Source: an uncultured Wohlfahrtiimonas sp. (lineage in GTDB: Bacteria > Pseudomonadota > Gammaproteobacteria > Cardiobacteriales > Wohlfahrtiimonadaceae). Taken from it: a DNA stretch of 64,000 nt. The DNA is taken from NCBI GenBank assembly GCA_947630895.1, contig CANRJJ010000002.1:7852-71851 (forward strand), read 5' to 3'. The position numbers and the translations under genes were made by a program. The notes under the pieces were generated by a model. That model ran no database searches, was not told where the DNA came from, and saw only the letters and a program-made list of their open reading frames with translations. Positions within the stretch are counted from its first letter, which is position 1; each line of letters starts with the position of its first letter. Shown here one piece after another: positions 19,576 to 27,559 of the stretch.

Positions 19576-20232
19576 ATGAGTCAAAAAACTTTAAAGCAAC
19601 AAGCAGCAGAAAAAGCCTTAACATACATCTCTAAAGGCGAATTATTGGGTGTTGGTACAGGTTCGACTGTGGATTGTTTAATTGCATTGTTGCCAGAAGT
19701 TCGTCATTTGATTGATGTTGTGGTTTCTAGTTCTGAAAGATCAACTGAGCAATTGATTCAATTAGGTTTTGAAGTTGTTCCGTTAACAGATGTAGAAAAA
19801 TTAACACTGTATATCGATGGCGCTGATGAAATTAACCCCGAATTACAAATGATCAAAGGTGGCGGTGCTGCTTTAACGCGTGAAAAAATTGTTGCAGCCC
19901 ATGCTGATCAATTTATTTGTATTGCTGATGAATCAAAATATGTTGAAACACTAGGTAAGTTCCCATTGCCAGTTGAAGTGATTCCAATGGCCTTGAAACA
20001 TGTGCAAAGAGAATTGAACAAAATTGGCGATGCACGCATTCGTCCTAATGTTATTACAGACAATGGTAATCCAATCATCGATGTATATGGTTTAGAGATT
20101 AATGATCCTTTAGCATTAGAAACACATATTAATCAAATCGTTGGTGTTGTGACTAACGGTATTTTTGCACATCGTCCTGCAGATTTATTGATCTTAGCAA
20201 CGGACGAAGGCATCAAAACTTTTAAGGCATAA
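19576..20232 (+). CDS. rpiA: Ribose-5-phosphate isomerase A
   Basis: 218 aa. Motifs GVGTGST, DGADE and KGGGAALTREK. Confidence 0.95.
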   Translation: MSQKTLKQQAAEKALTYISKGELLGVGTGSTVDCLIALLPEVRHLIDVVVSSSERSTEQLIQLGFEVVPLTDVEKLTLYIDGADEINPELQMIKGGGAALTREKIVAAHADQFICIADESKYVETLGKFPLPVEVIPMALKHVQRELNKIGDARIRPNVITDNGNPIIDVYGLEINDPLALETHINQIVGVVTNGIFAHRPADLLILATDEGIKTFKA

Positions 20233-20237
20233 TTTAA

Positions 20238-20816
20238 GTGATCGCAAAGCACTATATTCAAAATTTTATTTTTATTATCATCATCGGCGTGCTCGGTTAT
20301 ATATCGCTGACGCTCTATAAAGATAATAATAGTGAAGAGGAGAGCTCAGTCTCTCCTTATCCGCTGTTTGTGGTGAAAGATTATAACTTAGTACGTTTTG
20401 ATGAAAATGGTAAAAAATCATATGCCATGATTGGCCCTGAAATGGAACATTATGATGATGAACGTGGCTCTAATTTTGGTTTTCCATTTTTAACGCATTT
20501 TACTGAAGATGGTCTAAAAGATTGGACGGCGAAAAGTAAAAGTGCACAAAGCAATAGTAATCAATCACTGATTGTGATGAATGATGATGTAGTGCTGACG
20601 AAATTTGATAAAGATAACGAAACCACAACAATATTGGATACTTCTCAGTTATTTGTTCATGATAAAGGTGAGAAGGTTACCAATGATGTTTGGACAAAAA
20701 TACGAACCTATCCTAATAACACAATCGAAGGGATTGGCTTATTAGGATTCCCAAAAATCGGGCAATTTAATTTGTCGAAGGATGTGAAAAGTTATTATGA
20801 AACGATCAAAGATTAA
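20238..20816 (+). CDS. lptC: LPS export protein LptC
   Basis: 192 aa with a GTG start. It has an N-terminal TM anchor followed by a beta-jellyroll-like region, and its position is immediately 5' of lptA-lptB. Confidence 0.7.
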   Translation: MIAKHYIQNFIFIIIIGVLGYISLTLYKDNNSEEESSVSPYPLFVVKDYNLVRFDENGKKSYAMIGPEMEHYDDERGSNFGFPFLTHFTEDGLKDWTAKSKSAQSNSNQSLIVMNDDVVLTKFDKDNETTTILDTSQLFVHDKGEKVTNDVWTKIRTYPNNTIEGIGLLGFPKIGQFNLSKDVKSYYETIKD

Positions 20817-21303
20817 AACCGTTATTAATATATTCTTAGCCTCTATTTTGATAATGCCAATTGCTCAAGCATTACCAGAAGATAGCAGTTTGCCTATTCA
20901 AATTACAGCTGATTCAGGTGGATATGATCAGCAAATCAATGAAGGCTTTTACGATAGCAATGTCGTGATGGTGCAAGGAACTTTAGAAATTCAGGCTGAT
21001 CATGCGAAGTTTAAAATGATCAATGATGAGTTGGATAATGTCATCGCAACAGGTAAAAAAATTAAAATTAAATATCTGCCAGAAGAAGATAAACCTTGGG
21101 TGCATGGCGAAGGGGAGATTTTAGAATATTTCCCTAAGAAGAATTTATTAGTTTTAAAGAAAAATGCACGCCTAACGCAAGATACAGACATCGTGGAAGC
21201 GAATGTTATTGAATACAATACGATGGATAAAAAAGTTAAAGCTTTGAGTGATAAAAATTCCTCTGATCGTGTATTTTTTGAAATTAAACCAAAAGGAAAA
21301 TAG
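20797..21303 (+). CDS. lptA: LPS transport periplasmic protein LptA
   Basis: 168 aa with a signal peptide. [13 protein letters not shown]...[16 protein letters not shown] is the OstA/LptA signature. Confidence 0.85.
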   Translation: MKRSKIKTVINIFLASILIMPIAQALPEDSSLPIQITADSGGYDQQINEGFYDSNVVMVQGTLEIQADHAKFKMINDELDNVIATGKKIKIKYLPEEDKPWVHGEGEILEYFPKKNLLVLKKNARLTQDTDIVEANVIEYNTMDKKVKALSDKNSSDRVFFEIKPKGK

Positions 21304-21305
21304 CC

Positions 21306-22028
21306 ATGCAATTAAAGGCAAAAGAGTTGGTGAAACGTTTTAAAAAACGCACAGTGGTGAGTGGAGCGTCTTTTCACATTAATGCAGGTGAGATTGTTGG
21401 TTTATTAGGGCCAAATGGTGCAGGTAAAACAACGAGTTTCTATATGACGGTTGGCTTAATTACGGCTGATGAAGGTCATATTTTTTTAGATGATCAAGAC
21501 ATTACTAAATTGCCGATGCACGAAAGAGCGCATAAAGGCATTGGTTACTTGCCACAAGAGGCTTCTATTTTTCGCAAAATGACATCGCGCGATAATATTT
21601 TGGCCATTTGCCAAACACGTAAAGATTTAACGAAACAACAGCAAAATGAGTTGGCAGATAGCTTATTGGAAGATTTTAAAATCACGCATATCGCCAATTC
21701 ATTGGGTATGTCGTTATCAGGTGGTGAAAGACGCCGCGTTGAGATTGCTCGCAGCTTGGCATTGAATCCGAAATTTTTGCTTTTGGATGAACCATTTGCA
21801 GGAGTTGATCCTTTATCAGTTGCTGATATTCAAGCCATTATTTTAGATCTATCTAATCGTGGTATTGGTGTGTTGATTACAGATCATAATATTCGCGAAA
21901 CATTAAGTATTTGTCAGCGTTCATATATCTTGCAATATGGCACTGTGATCGCAGAAGGTTCAACGGATGAATTACTTAGTAATCCTGATGTTCGCAGTGC
22001 GTATTTAGGGGAAAACTTCTCGTTATAA
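21306..22028 (+). CDS. lptB: LPS export ABC transporter ATPase LptB
   Basis: 240 aa. Walker [10 protein letters not shown], signature [13 protein letters not shown], Walker [13 protein letters not shown]. Confidence 0.95.
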   Translation: MQLKAKELVKRFKKRTVVSGASFHINAGEIVGLLGPNGAGKTTSFYMTVGLITADEGHIFLDDQDITKLPMHERAHKGIGYLPQEASIFRKMTSRDNILAICQTRKDLTKQQQNELADSLLEDFKITHIANSLGMSLSGGERRRVEIARSLALNPKFLLLDEPFAGVDPLSVADIQAIILDLSNRGIGVLITDHNIRETLSICQRSYILQYGTVIAEGSTDELLSNPDVRSAYLGENFSL

Positions 22029-23443
22029 TGTCAGAATTTCTTTTTTATGATTATGAAACATTCGGAATCAGTCCAAGACATGATCGAATAGCTCAGTTCG
22101 CGGCGATTCGCACTGATGCCGATTTTAATATTATTGATGAGCCCATCAATATTTATTGCCAACAATATGATGATTACATTCCATCTTCTGAAGCAATATT
22201 GATTACAGGGATTACGCCTGATTATTGTAATGAGCATGGCTTGCCAGAGCGTGAGTTTGCACAAAGAATTTATGATGAGTTTATGAAGCCAAATACCTGT
22301 ATATTAGGTTTTAACTCTATTCGATTCGATGATGAAATGACTAGGTATCTCTTTTATCGTAACTTTTTTGATCCTTATGCTTACACTTGGAAAAATGGAA
22401 ATTCACGTTGGGATGCATTGGATTTGGTGCGTGGTGTTTATGCATTAAGACCCTCTGATATTCATTGGCCAACGATTGATGGCAAAGTTAGTTTAAAGCT
22501 TGAAGAGTTGTCTAAAGTGAATGGTTTAGATCATGAAAATGCGCATGATGCATTGAGTGATGTCTATGCAACGATTGCTGTTTTAAAGCTCTTGAAAGAA
22601 AAACAGCCCAAATTTTTTGAGTATTTTTATCAAAATAGACGCGCAAAAGATCTGCAGCCGATTATAGAAAAACATATGTATAAGCCGCTTGTACATGTTT
22701 CTGGAATGTTTGGCGAAGTGAATGGCTATCTATCTTTGGTTATGCCGATCGCGATGCATCCTTGGAATAAAAATGCAGTGATTGTGGTGGATCTCCGTGG
22801 TGATATGAATGAATTGCTGAATTATAGCGCTGAAGAGATTAAAACAGCGATGTATACAGCAACTAATGATTTAGATGAAGGTCGTAGTCGTGTGCCTTTA
22901 AAGCTCATTCATTTGAATAAATGCCCAATAGTTGCACCTTTTGGCGTATTAAGAGATGTTGAAAACTTGCACGGTTTAGGGATTGAAAATTGCTTGGATA
23001 AAGTTTCAGTCATTATGCAGAACTTATCTAGCGTAGAGCGTAAGCTTATTGAGGTGTTTAAACCAACAACTGCGCCATCTTATGATGATCAAGCAATTAT
23101 TTATCGCGTAGAGTCGATGTTATATGATGGATTTTTTGGTCCTGAAGATAAAAAAGTAATAGAACAAATTCCTTATTTATCAGCTGAAGCTCTACAGCAA
23201 GCTCATTATCAGTTTAAAGATGCAAGAATTGCACCATTGATATTTTTATACAGAGCAAAAAATTATCCAGAAAGTTTAAATGGTGAAGAATATAAAGCGT
23301 GGACAGAATATTGTGATGTTCGCTTCGAGCAGAATATTGAAAGATTGCGTGCTGAATATTTGGAAAATGTCGAAAAATATCAGGATGATGTTGAAAAATC
23401 AAAATTATTAGAAGCGTGTTATTCGCTCTATTTTAACGAATGA
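22028..23443 (+). CDS. sbcB: Exodeoxyribonuclease I
   Basis: 471 aa. FLFYDYETFG, RIAQFAAIRTD and NAHDALSDVYAT are DEDDh motifs, and the protein is collinear with E. coli SbcB. Confidence 0.95.
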   Translation: MSEFLFYDYETFGISPRHDRIAQFAAIRTDADFNIIDEPINIYCQQYDDYIPSSEAILITGITPDYCNEHGLPEREFAQRIYDEFMKPNTCILGFNSIRFDDEMTRYLFYRNFFDPYAYTWKNGNSRWDALDLVRGVYALRPSDIHWPTIDGKVSLKLEELSKVNGLDHENAHDALSDVYATIAVLKLLKEKQPKFFEYFYQNRRAKDLQPIIEKHMYKPLVHVSGMFGEVNGYLSLVMPIAMHPWNKNAVIVVDLRGDMNELLNYSAEEIKTAMYTATNDLDEGRSRVPLKLIHLNKCPIVAPFGVLRDVENLHGLGIENCLDKVSVIMQNLSSVERKLIEVFKPTTAPSYDDQAIIYRVESMLYDGFFGPEDKKVIEQIPYLSAEALQQAHYQFKDARIAPLIFLYRAKNYPESLNGEEYKAWTEYCDVRFEQNIERLRAEYLENVEKYQDDVEKSKLLEACYSLYFNE

Positions 23444-24288
23444 ATGTATTAAGTGTTGCCACAATTAATGCTGCTAATTTAGGTGAGTGGTCAAATGAAG
23501 AGCGCATTTATAATTTTGCACATTCTATTGTTGAAGACCTAAATTCACCCATGATCATAGCCGTGCAGGAATTTGGTGGATTGCAAGTAGAAGGTGAACT
23601 GGTTGTTCCAGCAAGAGTTGCCGATCAAATCACGCAAGTTTTGAAAGATCAATTCCAGCAAGATTATCGTTATGCAGAGATCGCTCCAGCGCCAGAAAGT
23701 AGCGGTGGTGCTGATAATATCAATATACGCTGTGGCTTTTTGTATCGAGGTGAAGTGATATTAAAACAGTTAGCCTTGGTGGGAGAAAGCGCAGCTGTAT
23801 TTGTCGGCGATGAAGCTGAGGATTTGGTCGCTTCAAGACATCCATTATTGGCTAATTTCGAGTTCGATGGAAAGGCTTTTAATATCATTAATTGCCACTT
23901 AAAATCTATGAGTACTAAAGATCAAACTAAAAAGCAAGCAAAGAAGCAGCGAAATCGACAATCACAATATATTGCTGATTATATCCAAGAAAATAACTTA
24001 TTAGAATCTCCTATGTTAATCATGGGAGATATGAATGATACATTTTCGAGTAAAACATTAAAAGCATTTGTCGGACTTGGCTTAGAGAGCGCACATCAAT
24101 CATTGCAATATCAAATTTTCACGTATAAATACCATAAAAAACCCATGCTTTTGGATTATATTCTGTACAATGAAGGCTTCGAAAAAATAGAAAGCTCGAT
24201 CGCTCATATTAATACAGATCAAAGTAGCGGCCGAGTCTATAGTGACCATGATCCTTTAATGATGATTTGTCGGATATGCCCAAAATAA
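23440..24288 (+). CDS. Endonuclease/exonuclease/phosphatase (EEP) family protein, Xds/ExeM-like nuclease domain, no signal peptide
   Basis: 282 aa. Motifs VQEFGG, NCHLKS, MGDMND and the C-terminal YSDHDP. Its start overlaps the sbcB stop (ATGA). Confidence 0.75.
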   Translation: MNVLSVATINAANLGEWSNEERIYNFAHSIVEDLNSPMIIAVQEFGGLQVEGELVVPARVADQITQVLKDQFQQDYRYAEIAPAPESSGGADNINIRCGFLYRGEVILKQLALVGESAAVFVGDEAEDLVASRHPLLANFEFDGKAFNIINCHLKSMSTKDQTKKQAKKQRNRQSQYIADYIQENNLLESPMLIMGDMNDTFSSKTLKAFVGLGLESAHQSLQYQIFTYKYHKKPMLLDYILYNEGFEKIESSIAHINTDQSSGRVYSDHDPLMMICRICPK

Positions 24289-25268
24289 TAAGTGCTTTAA
24301 TTATTCTGATTTGCTCTATAAGTTTTGCTGATAATTTTAGTGAAGCAGTGGATGCGTATGATCGTCAGGAATATGAAGAAGCATTTCAATTATTCAGTAA
24401 ATTAGAGCAGCTAGGGCATATTGATGCTACCAATAATTTAGCGACAATGTATCAAACAGGTACAGGAACATTTAAAAATTATGCGAAGGCTGCGGAGCTA
24501 TATTTGAAAGCAGCAGAAGCAGGGCATATTGATGCGGCATTTAATTATTCAACTTTAGCGCGTTTAGGCATTGGCATTCATAAAAATTCTGCCAATGCTT
24601 ATGCTTGGTCAATCGTGGCGGCAAGGCATGGTGCTAGTGATTTAGTGGCTTATCGAGATGCATTAGTAACCAAAATTTCACCAGATGAATTTGAGACAGG
24701 GTCAAAGCAAGCAGAAGATATTTTAGACGAGCTATCAATGTATGAATATTCGATCGGATGGCTTTTGCCGAATAATGTCAAAATTACATCGAGAGAAATA
24801 CGCTTGCCGACTGCGATTGATAAGGTTGAGCGGCTTTCGGCAGAGGGTGAGATCACCGTTATTAAAAGTGAAGATTTGGCAAAAATTACAGAAGAAAATA
24901 TTAATGAATATAGAGTGCCAAGCTATAGAGCCATATTTACAACTTTGCCATTAAAATTAAATCCATACTCATCATCTATTTATAGGCCATTGTTAAGCTC
25001 GTCTAAATATAGCTCGGATGATGTTTTAAGACCAAGAAGATACTTAGGTGAACGTTCAGTACCGATTGTTGAGGCGATGGAAGTGGATGAATCTTTGCTG
25101 CCATTATTTCAAAGCTTATCTAACAGCTATCGTGTGCATTTAAATGATATTATTCGGGCAATTCAGACGCTAAATCCTGATGTATTTGAAGCTGATTTAC
25201 CATTGCGCTTAAAAGATGAAAATGCACGTTTAAATATCCCTAATTATTCTCAAATTCAGAGTTTTTAA
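24267..25268 (+). CDS. Exported Sel1-repeat protein with an uncharacterised middle region and a FimV-like C-terminal motif
   Basis: 333 aa with a signal peptide (IISALIILICSISFA). Sel1/TPR-like repeats (A.NNLATMYQTGTG..KNYAKAAELYLKAAEAGH). The C-terminal NDIIRAIQTLNPDVF...ARLNIP resembles the FimV peptidoglycan-binding motif. Confidence 0.6.
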   Translation: MSDMPKIISALIILICSISFADNFSEAVDAYDRQEYEEAFQLFSKLEQLGHIDATNNLATMYQTGTGTFKNYAKAAELYLKAAEAGHIDAAFNYSTLARLGIGIHKNSANAYAWSIVAARHGASDLVAYRDALVTKISPDEFETGSKQAEDILDELSMYEYSIGWLLPNNVKITSREIRLPTAIDKVERLSAEGEITVIKSEDLAKITEENINEYRVPSYRAIFTTLPLKLNPYSSSIYRPLLSSSKYSSDDVLRPRRYLGERSVPIVEAMEVDESLLPLFQSLSNSYRVHLNDIIRAIQTLNPDVFEADLPLRLKDENARLNIPNYSQIQSF

Positions 25269-25269
25269 A

Positions 25270-25950
25270 ATGTTTGAGCGGGTGTTTCAATTTTTATATC
25301 CGCATCATTGCTCGATTTGCTCGGTGTTAACACACGATAAATTGATTTGTGACAGTTGCTTTACTAGTGCGATACGAAAATTTAGTTATTGTAAGCAATG
25401 TGGTGAGGATGTTGTCCATAACCATTGTATCAATTGCGAATTAGCTGAGGAACAGCATCAGATTGATAGATATATCATAGGTTATCAATACAGTGATGCT
25501 ATGAGAGAAGCGATTATTAAACTAAAGTTTAATCGACAAATGTACATGGCTAGGGTAATTCTGTCGTTAATGTTGCCAGTTATCGAAGAGTATAAAGATA
25601 TTTTTGAAGATATTGATTATATTTTACCAATGCCGATAGATCGAGTGAGATTGGCAGGGCGTGGATTTAATCATATGTTAGAGGTAGCAGTTTTATTGCA
25701 AAAAGTTATTAATAAACCGATTATTTATAATAAATTACATAAAACAGCTTTTTCAATTCCACAAAGTCAATTATCTAAGAAAGATCGAGCAAATAATCTA
25801 AAAAGGGCTTTTAGCTGTGAAAAATTATCAGGTCATACTTTATTGTTGGATGATGTTTTAACAACAGGAGCAACGTTGAAATACGCATCTTTATCACTAA
25901 AGAATGCGGGTGCAGAAAAAATTACTGCATTGATCCTCGCTAAAGCATAA
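25270..25950 (+). CDS. comF: ComF-family protein (competence-associated phosphoribosyltransferase-like)
   Basis: 226 aa. N-terminal Cys clusters CSIC...CDSC...CKQCG...CINC, and a PRTase motif LLLDDVLTTGATL. Confidence 0.8.
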   Translation: MFERVFQFLYPHHCSICSVLTHDKLICDSCFTSAIRKFSYCKQCGEDVVHNHCINCELAEEQHQIDRYIIGYQYSDAMREAIIKLKFNRQMYMARVILSLMLPVIEEYKDIFEDIDYILPMPIDRVRLAGRGFNHMLEVAVLLQKVINKPIIYNKLHKTAFSIPQSQLSKKDRANNLKRAFSCEKLSGHTLLLDDVLTTGATLKYASLSLKNAGAEKITALILAKA

Positions 25951-25984
25951 AAAATTAACAATGTTGTTGTATTGAATTAAAAAG

Positions 25985-25993
25985 TGCTACAAT
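25985..25993 (+). promoter_or_regulatory. Extended -10 element (tgctacaat) of the putative ssrS promoter
   Basis: TGn + TACAAT lies about 7 nt upstream of the predicted 6S RNA 5' end. No -35 hexamer is confidently placed. Confidence 0.4.
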
Positions 25994-25999
25994 TCGCTC

Positions 26000-26193
26000 A
26001 TGGGTGGATCACTGAGATATACGTGTTTAATATGCCTAAGTCCCCTTGATCCTAAGTATATCGTAAGATATATTACTAAGCACTGGTGAGCATGCTGATC
26101 TTAGATCAGAAGCCTAAAGTGTTTAAACTTATATCCATTTGAACCGTTCGGTTCAAGGGTAAGGTTTACTTAACGGTACTTCGGGGTCCACTC
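26000..26193 (+). ncRNA. ssrS: 6S RNA
   Basis: Blocks match E. coli 6S RNA as I recall it: ctgagat, gtcccct.ga, ggtgagcatgct, gaagcct.aa, ttgaacc....ggttcaagggt. The ends pair (gtggatc with ggtccac). It lies directly upstream of the 5-formyl-THF cyclo-ligase gene, which is the classic ssrS-ygfA synteny. The ends are uncertain by about 5 nt. Confidence 0.85.
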
Positions 26194-26204
26194 TACTTCT
26201 TATT

Positions 26205-26759
26205 ATGATCAATCAATCATCTATTCGCCATCAAATGTTAAAGATGCGCGCTGAGCTCAGTCAAGATTATATCGATACCCATCTTGATAGCTTTAATCAA
26301 AAATTAATTTCTTTTGTACAGCAGTTTTCTAGCATTGCTATATATAGTGCTATTCGTAATGAAGTGCCATTGGACCGTATAGTTGAGCATTATTCTGCAA
26401 GTAAAAAACTCTCTTTGCCAAAGATAAATGCCAATGATGAGTTGGAGTTTGTGGGTTATCAGCCGAAACATTTATGGAAAATTGGTAAGTACGATATACC
26501 AGAGCCAATTACAGATGTAATAGCTTATATTCCCGATGTTTTTATTGTGCCACTGACTGCTGTAGATAAGTTAGGAACAAGAATAGGTATGGGGAAAGGG
26601 TACTACGATCGATATTTAAAAAATATTAAAGATCAATCCATATTAGTTGGCGTTGGTTGGGACTTTCAGCTACATAATGAAAATTTTCATAGGCAGAGTC
26701 ATGATATACCTATGGATTGCTTCATTTCTCCATCAGCATGTATAAAATTTAGACAATAA
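26205..26759 (+). CDS. ygfA: 5-formyltetrahydrofolate cyclo-ligase
   Basis: 184 aa. GMGKGYYDRYL motif, and the position downstream of 6S RNA. Confidence 0.85.
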   Translation: MINQSSIRHQMLKMRAELSQDYIDTHLDSFNQKLISFVQQFSSIAIYSAIRNEVPLDRIVEHYSASKKLSLPKINANDELEFVGYQPKHLWKIGKYDIPEPITDVIAYIPDVFIVPLTAVDKLGTRIGMGKGYYDRYLKNIKDQSILVGVGWDFQLHNENFHRQSHDIPMDCFISPSACIKFRQ

Positions 26760-26787
26760 AAAACACCTAGCTATGCTAGGTGTTTTG
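26758..26787. terminator. Bidirectional intrinsic terminator between ygfA and the convergent OmpA-like gene
   Basis: Stem cacctagc / loop tat / stem gctaggtg, with an A-run before it and a T-run after it. Confidence 0.7.
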
Positions 26788-26803
26788 ATGATTTGAAGGT
26801 AAA

Positions 26804-27322
26804 TTATTTACCAACTACACCATTGATTACTACATCAACGCGACGGTTTTGAGCACGGCCTTCAGCTGTGTCGTTCGTTGCGATTGGGTTTTCTTTACCG
26901 TAACCGTGAGTAGTGATAAGAGCTGGGTTTACACCGTTAGCTACTAAGTATGCTTCAACAGCTTTAGCACGACGCTCAGATAAACCTAAGTTGTATTGTT
27001 GTGTACCGATAGCATCAGTATAACCAGACAAAGAAATTGATTTAACTTTAGCGCCATCTTGTTTGATTTCTGCTGCTAATTCATTTAATTTTTCTTTACC
27101 AGCTGGTTTTAATACAGATTTATCAAAATCAAAGAAAGCATCTGCGCTTAAAGAAACACTTCTTGAACCACAACCAGGAGTTCCGTCACGTGTTAAAACA
27201 CATTCACCTTGACGATCTCTAACGAATTCGCCTTGACGATCTACTAAACCTTCTAGTTGAGCCATTGCTGATGTTGAAGCAACAAGCCCAGCAATTACTA
27301 ATGTAGTTAATTGCTTTTTCAT
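26804..27322 (-). CDS. Exported OmpA C-terminal-domain (peptidoglycan-binding) protein
   Basis: 172 aa with a signal peptide ending SAMA-Q. OmpA_C motifs FDFDKSVL, GYTD..G...YN..LS.RRA and NRRVDV. Confidence 0.85.
   Translation of the reverse strand: MKKQLTTLVIAGLVASTSAMAQLEGLVDRQGEFVRDRQGECVLTRDGTPGCGSRSVSLSADAFFDFDKSVLKPAGKEKLNELAAEIKQDGAKVKSISLSGYTDAIGTQQYNLGLSERRAKAVEAYLVANGVNPALITTHGYGKENPIATNDTAEGRAQNRRVDVVINGVVGK
27203..27242 (-). repeat. Direct repeat with a 24-bp period inside the OmpA-like gene
   Basis: ttcaccttgacgatct at 27203 and ttcgccttgacgatct at 27227 are 15/16 identical. They encode DRQGEFV / DRQGECV. Confidence 0.6.
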
Positions 27323-27559
27323 ATGTAACCTCCAAATAAGGACCTAAACTAAATAAAAAATTAACACTTGATTTATAAGTGTAAATATATTCAGCGCAAG
27401 AATAACACAACTGATAGCAGAATGATACCGCATTTCTTGCAAAAAACATACATTTTTGTGTCAAAAATGAAAATTTATTATCCTTATTCATACAAAAAAT
27501 AAGTGAAATTGTATCTTAATTAATAATTAATCAAAATAAATTCTAAGTATTTCAATCAA

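Noticed and set aside
27219-27491. A 90-aa minus-strand ORF spanning the 5' end of the OmpA-like gene and its upstream region
   Set aside because: It is out of frame with, and overlaps, the well-supported OmpA-like start codon, which has the RBS ggaggt directly upstream. Its translation has no recognisable features.
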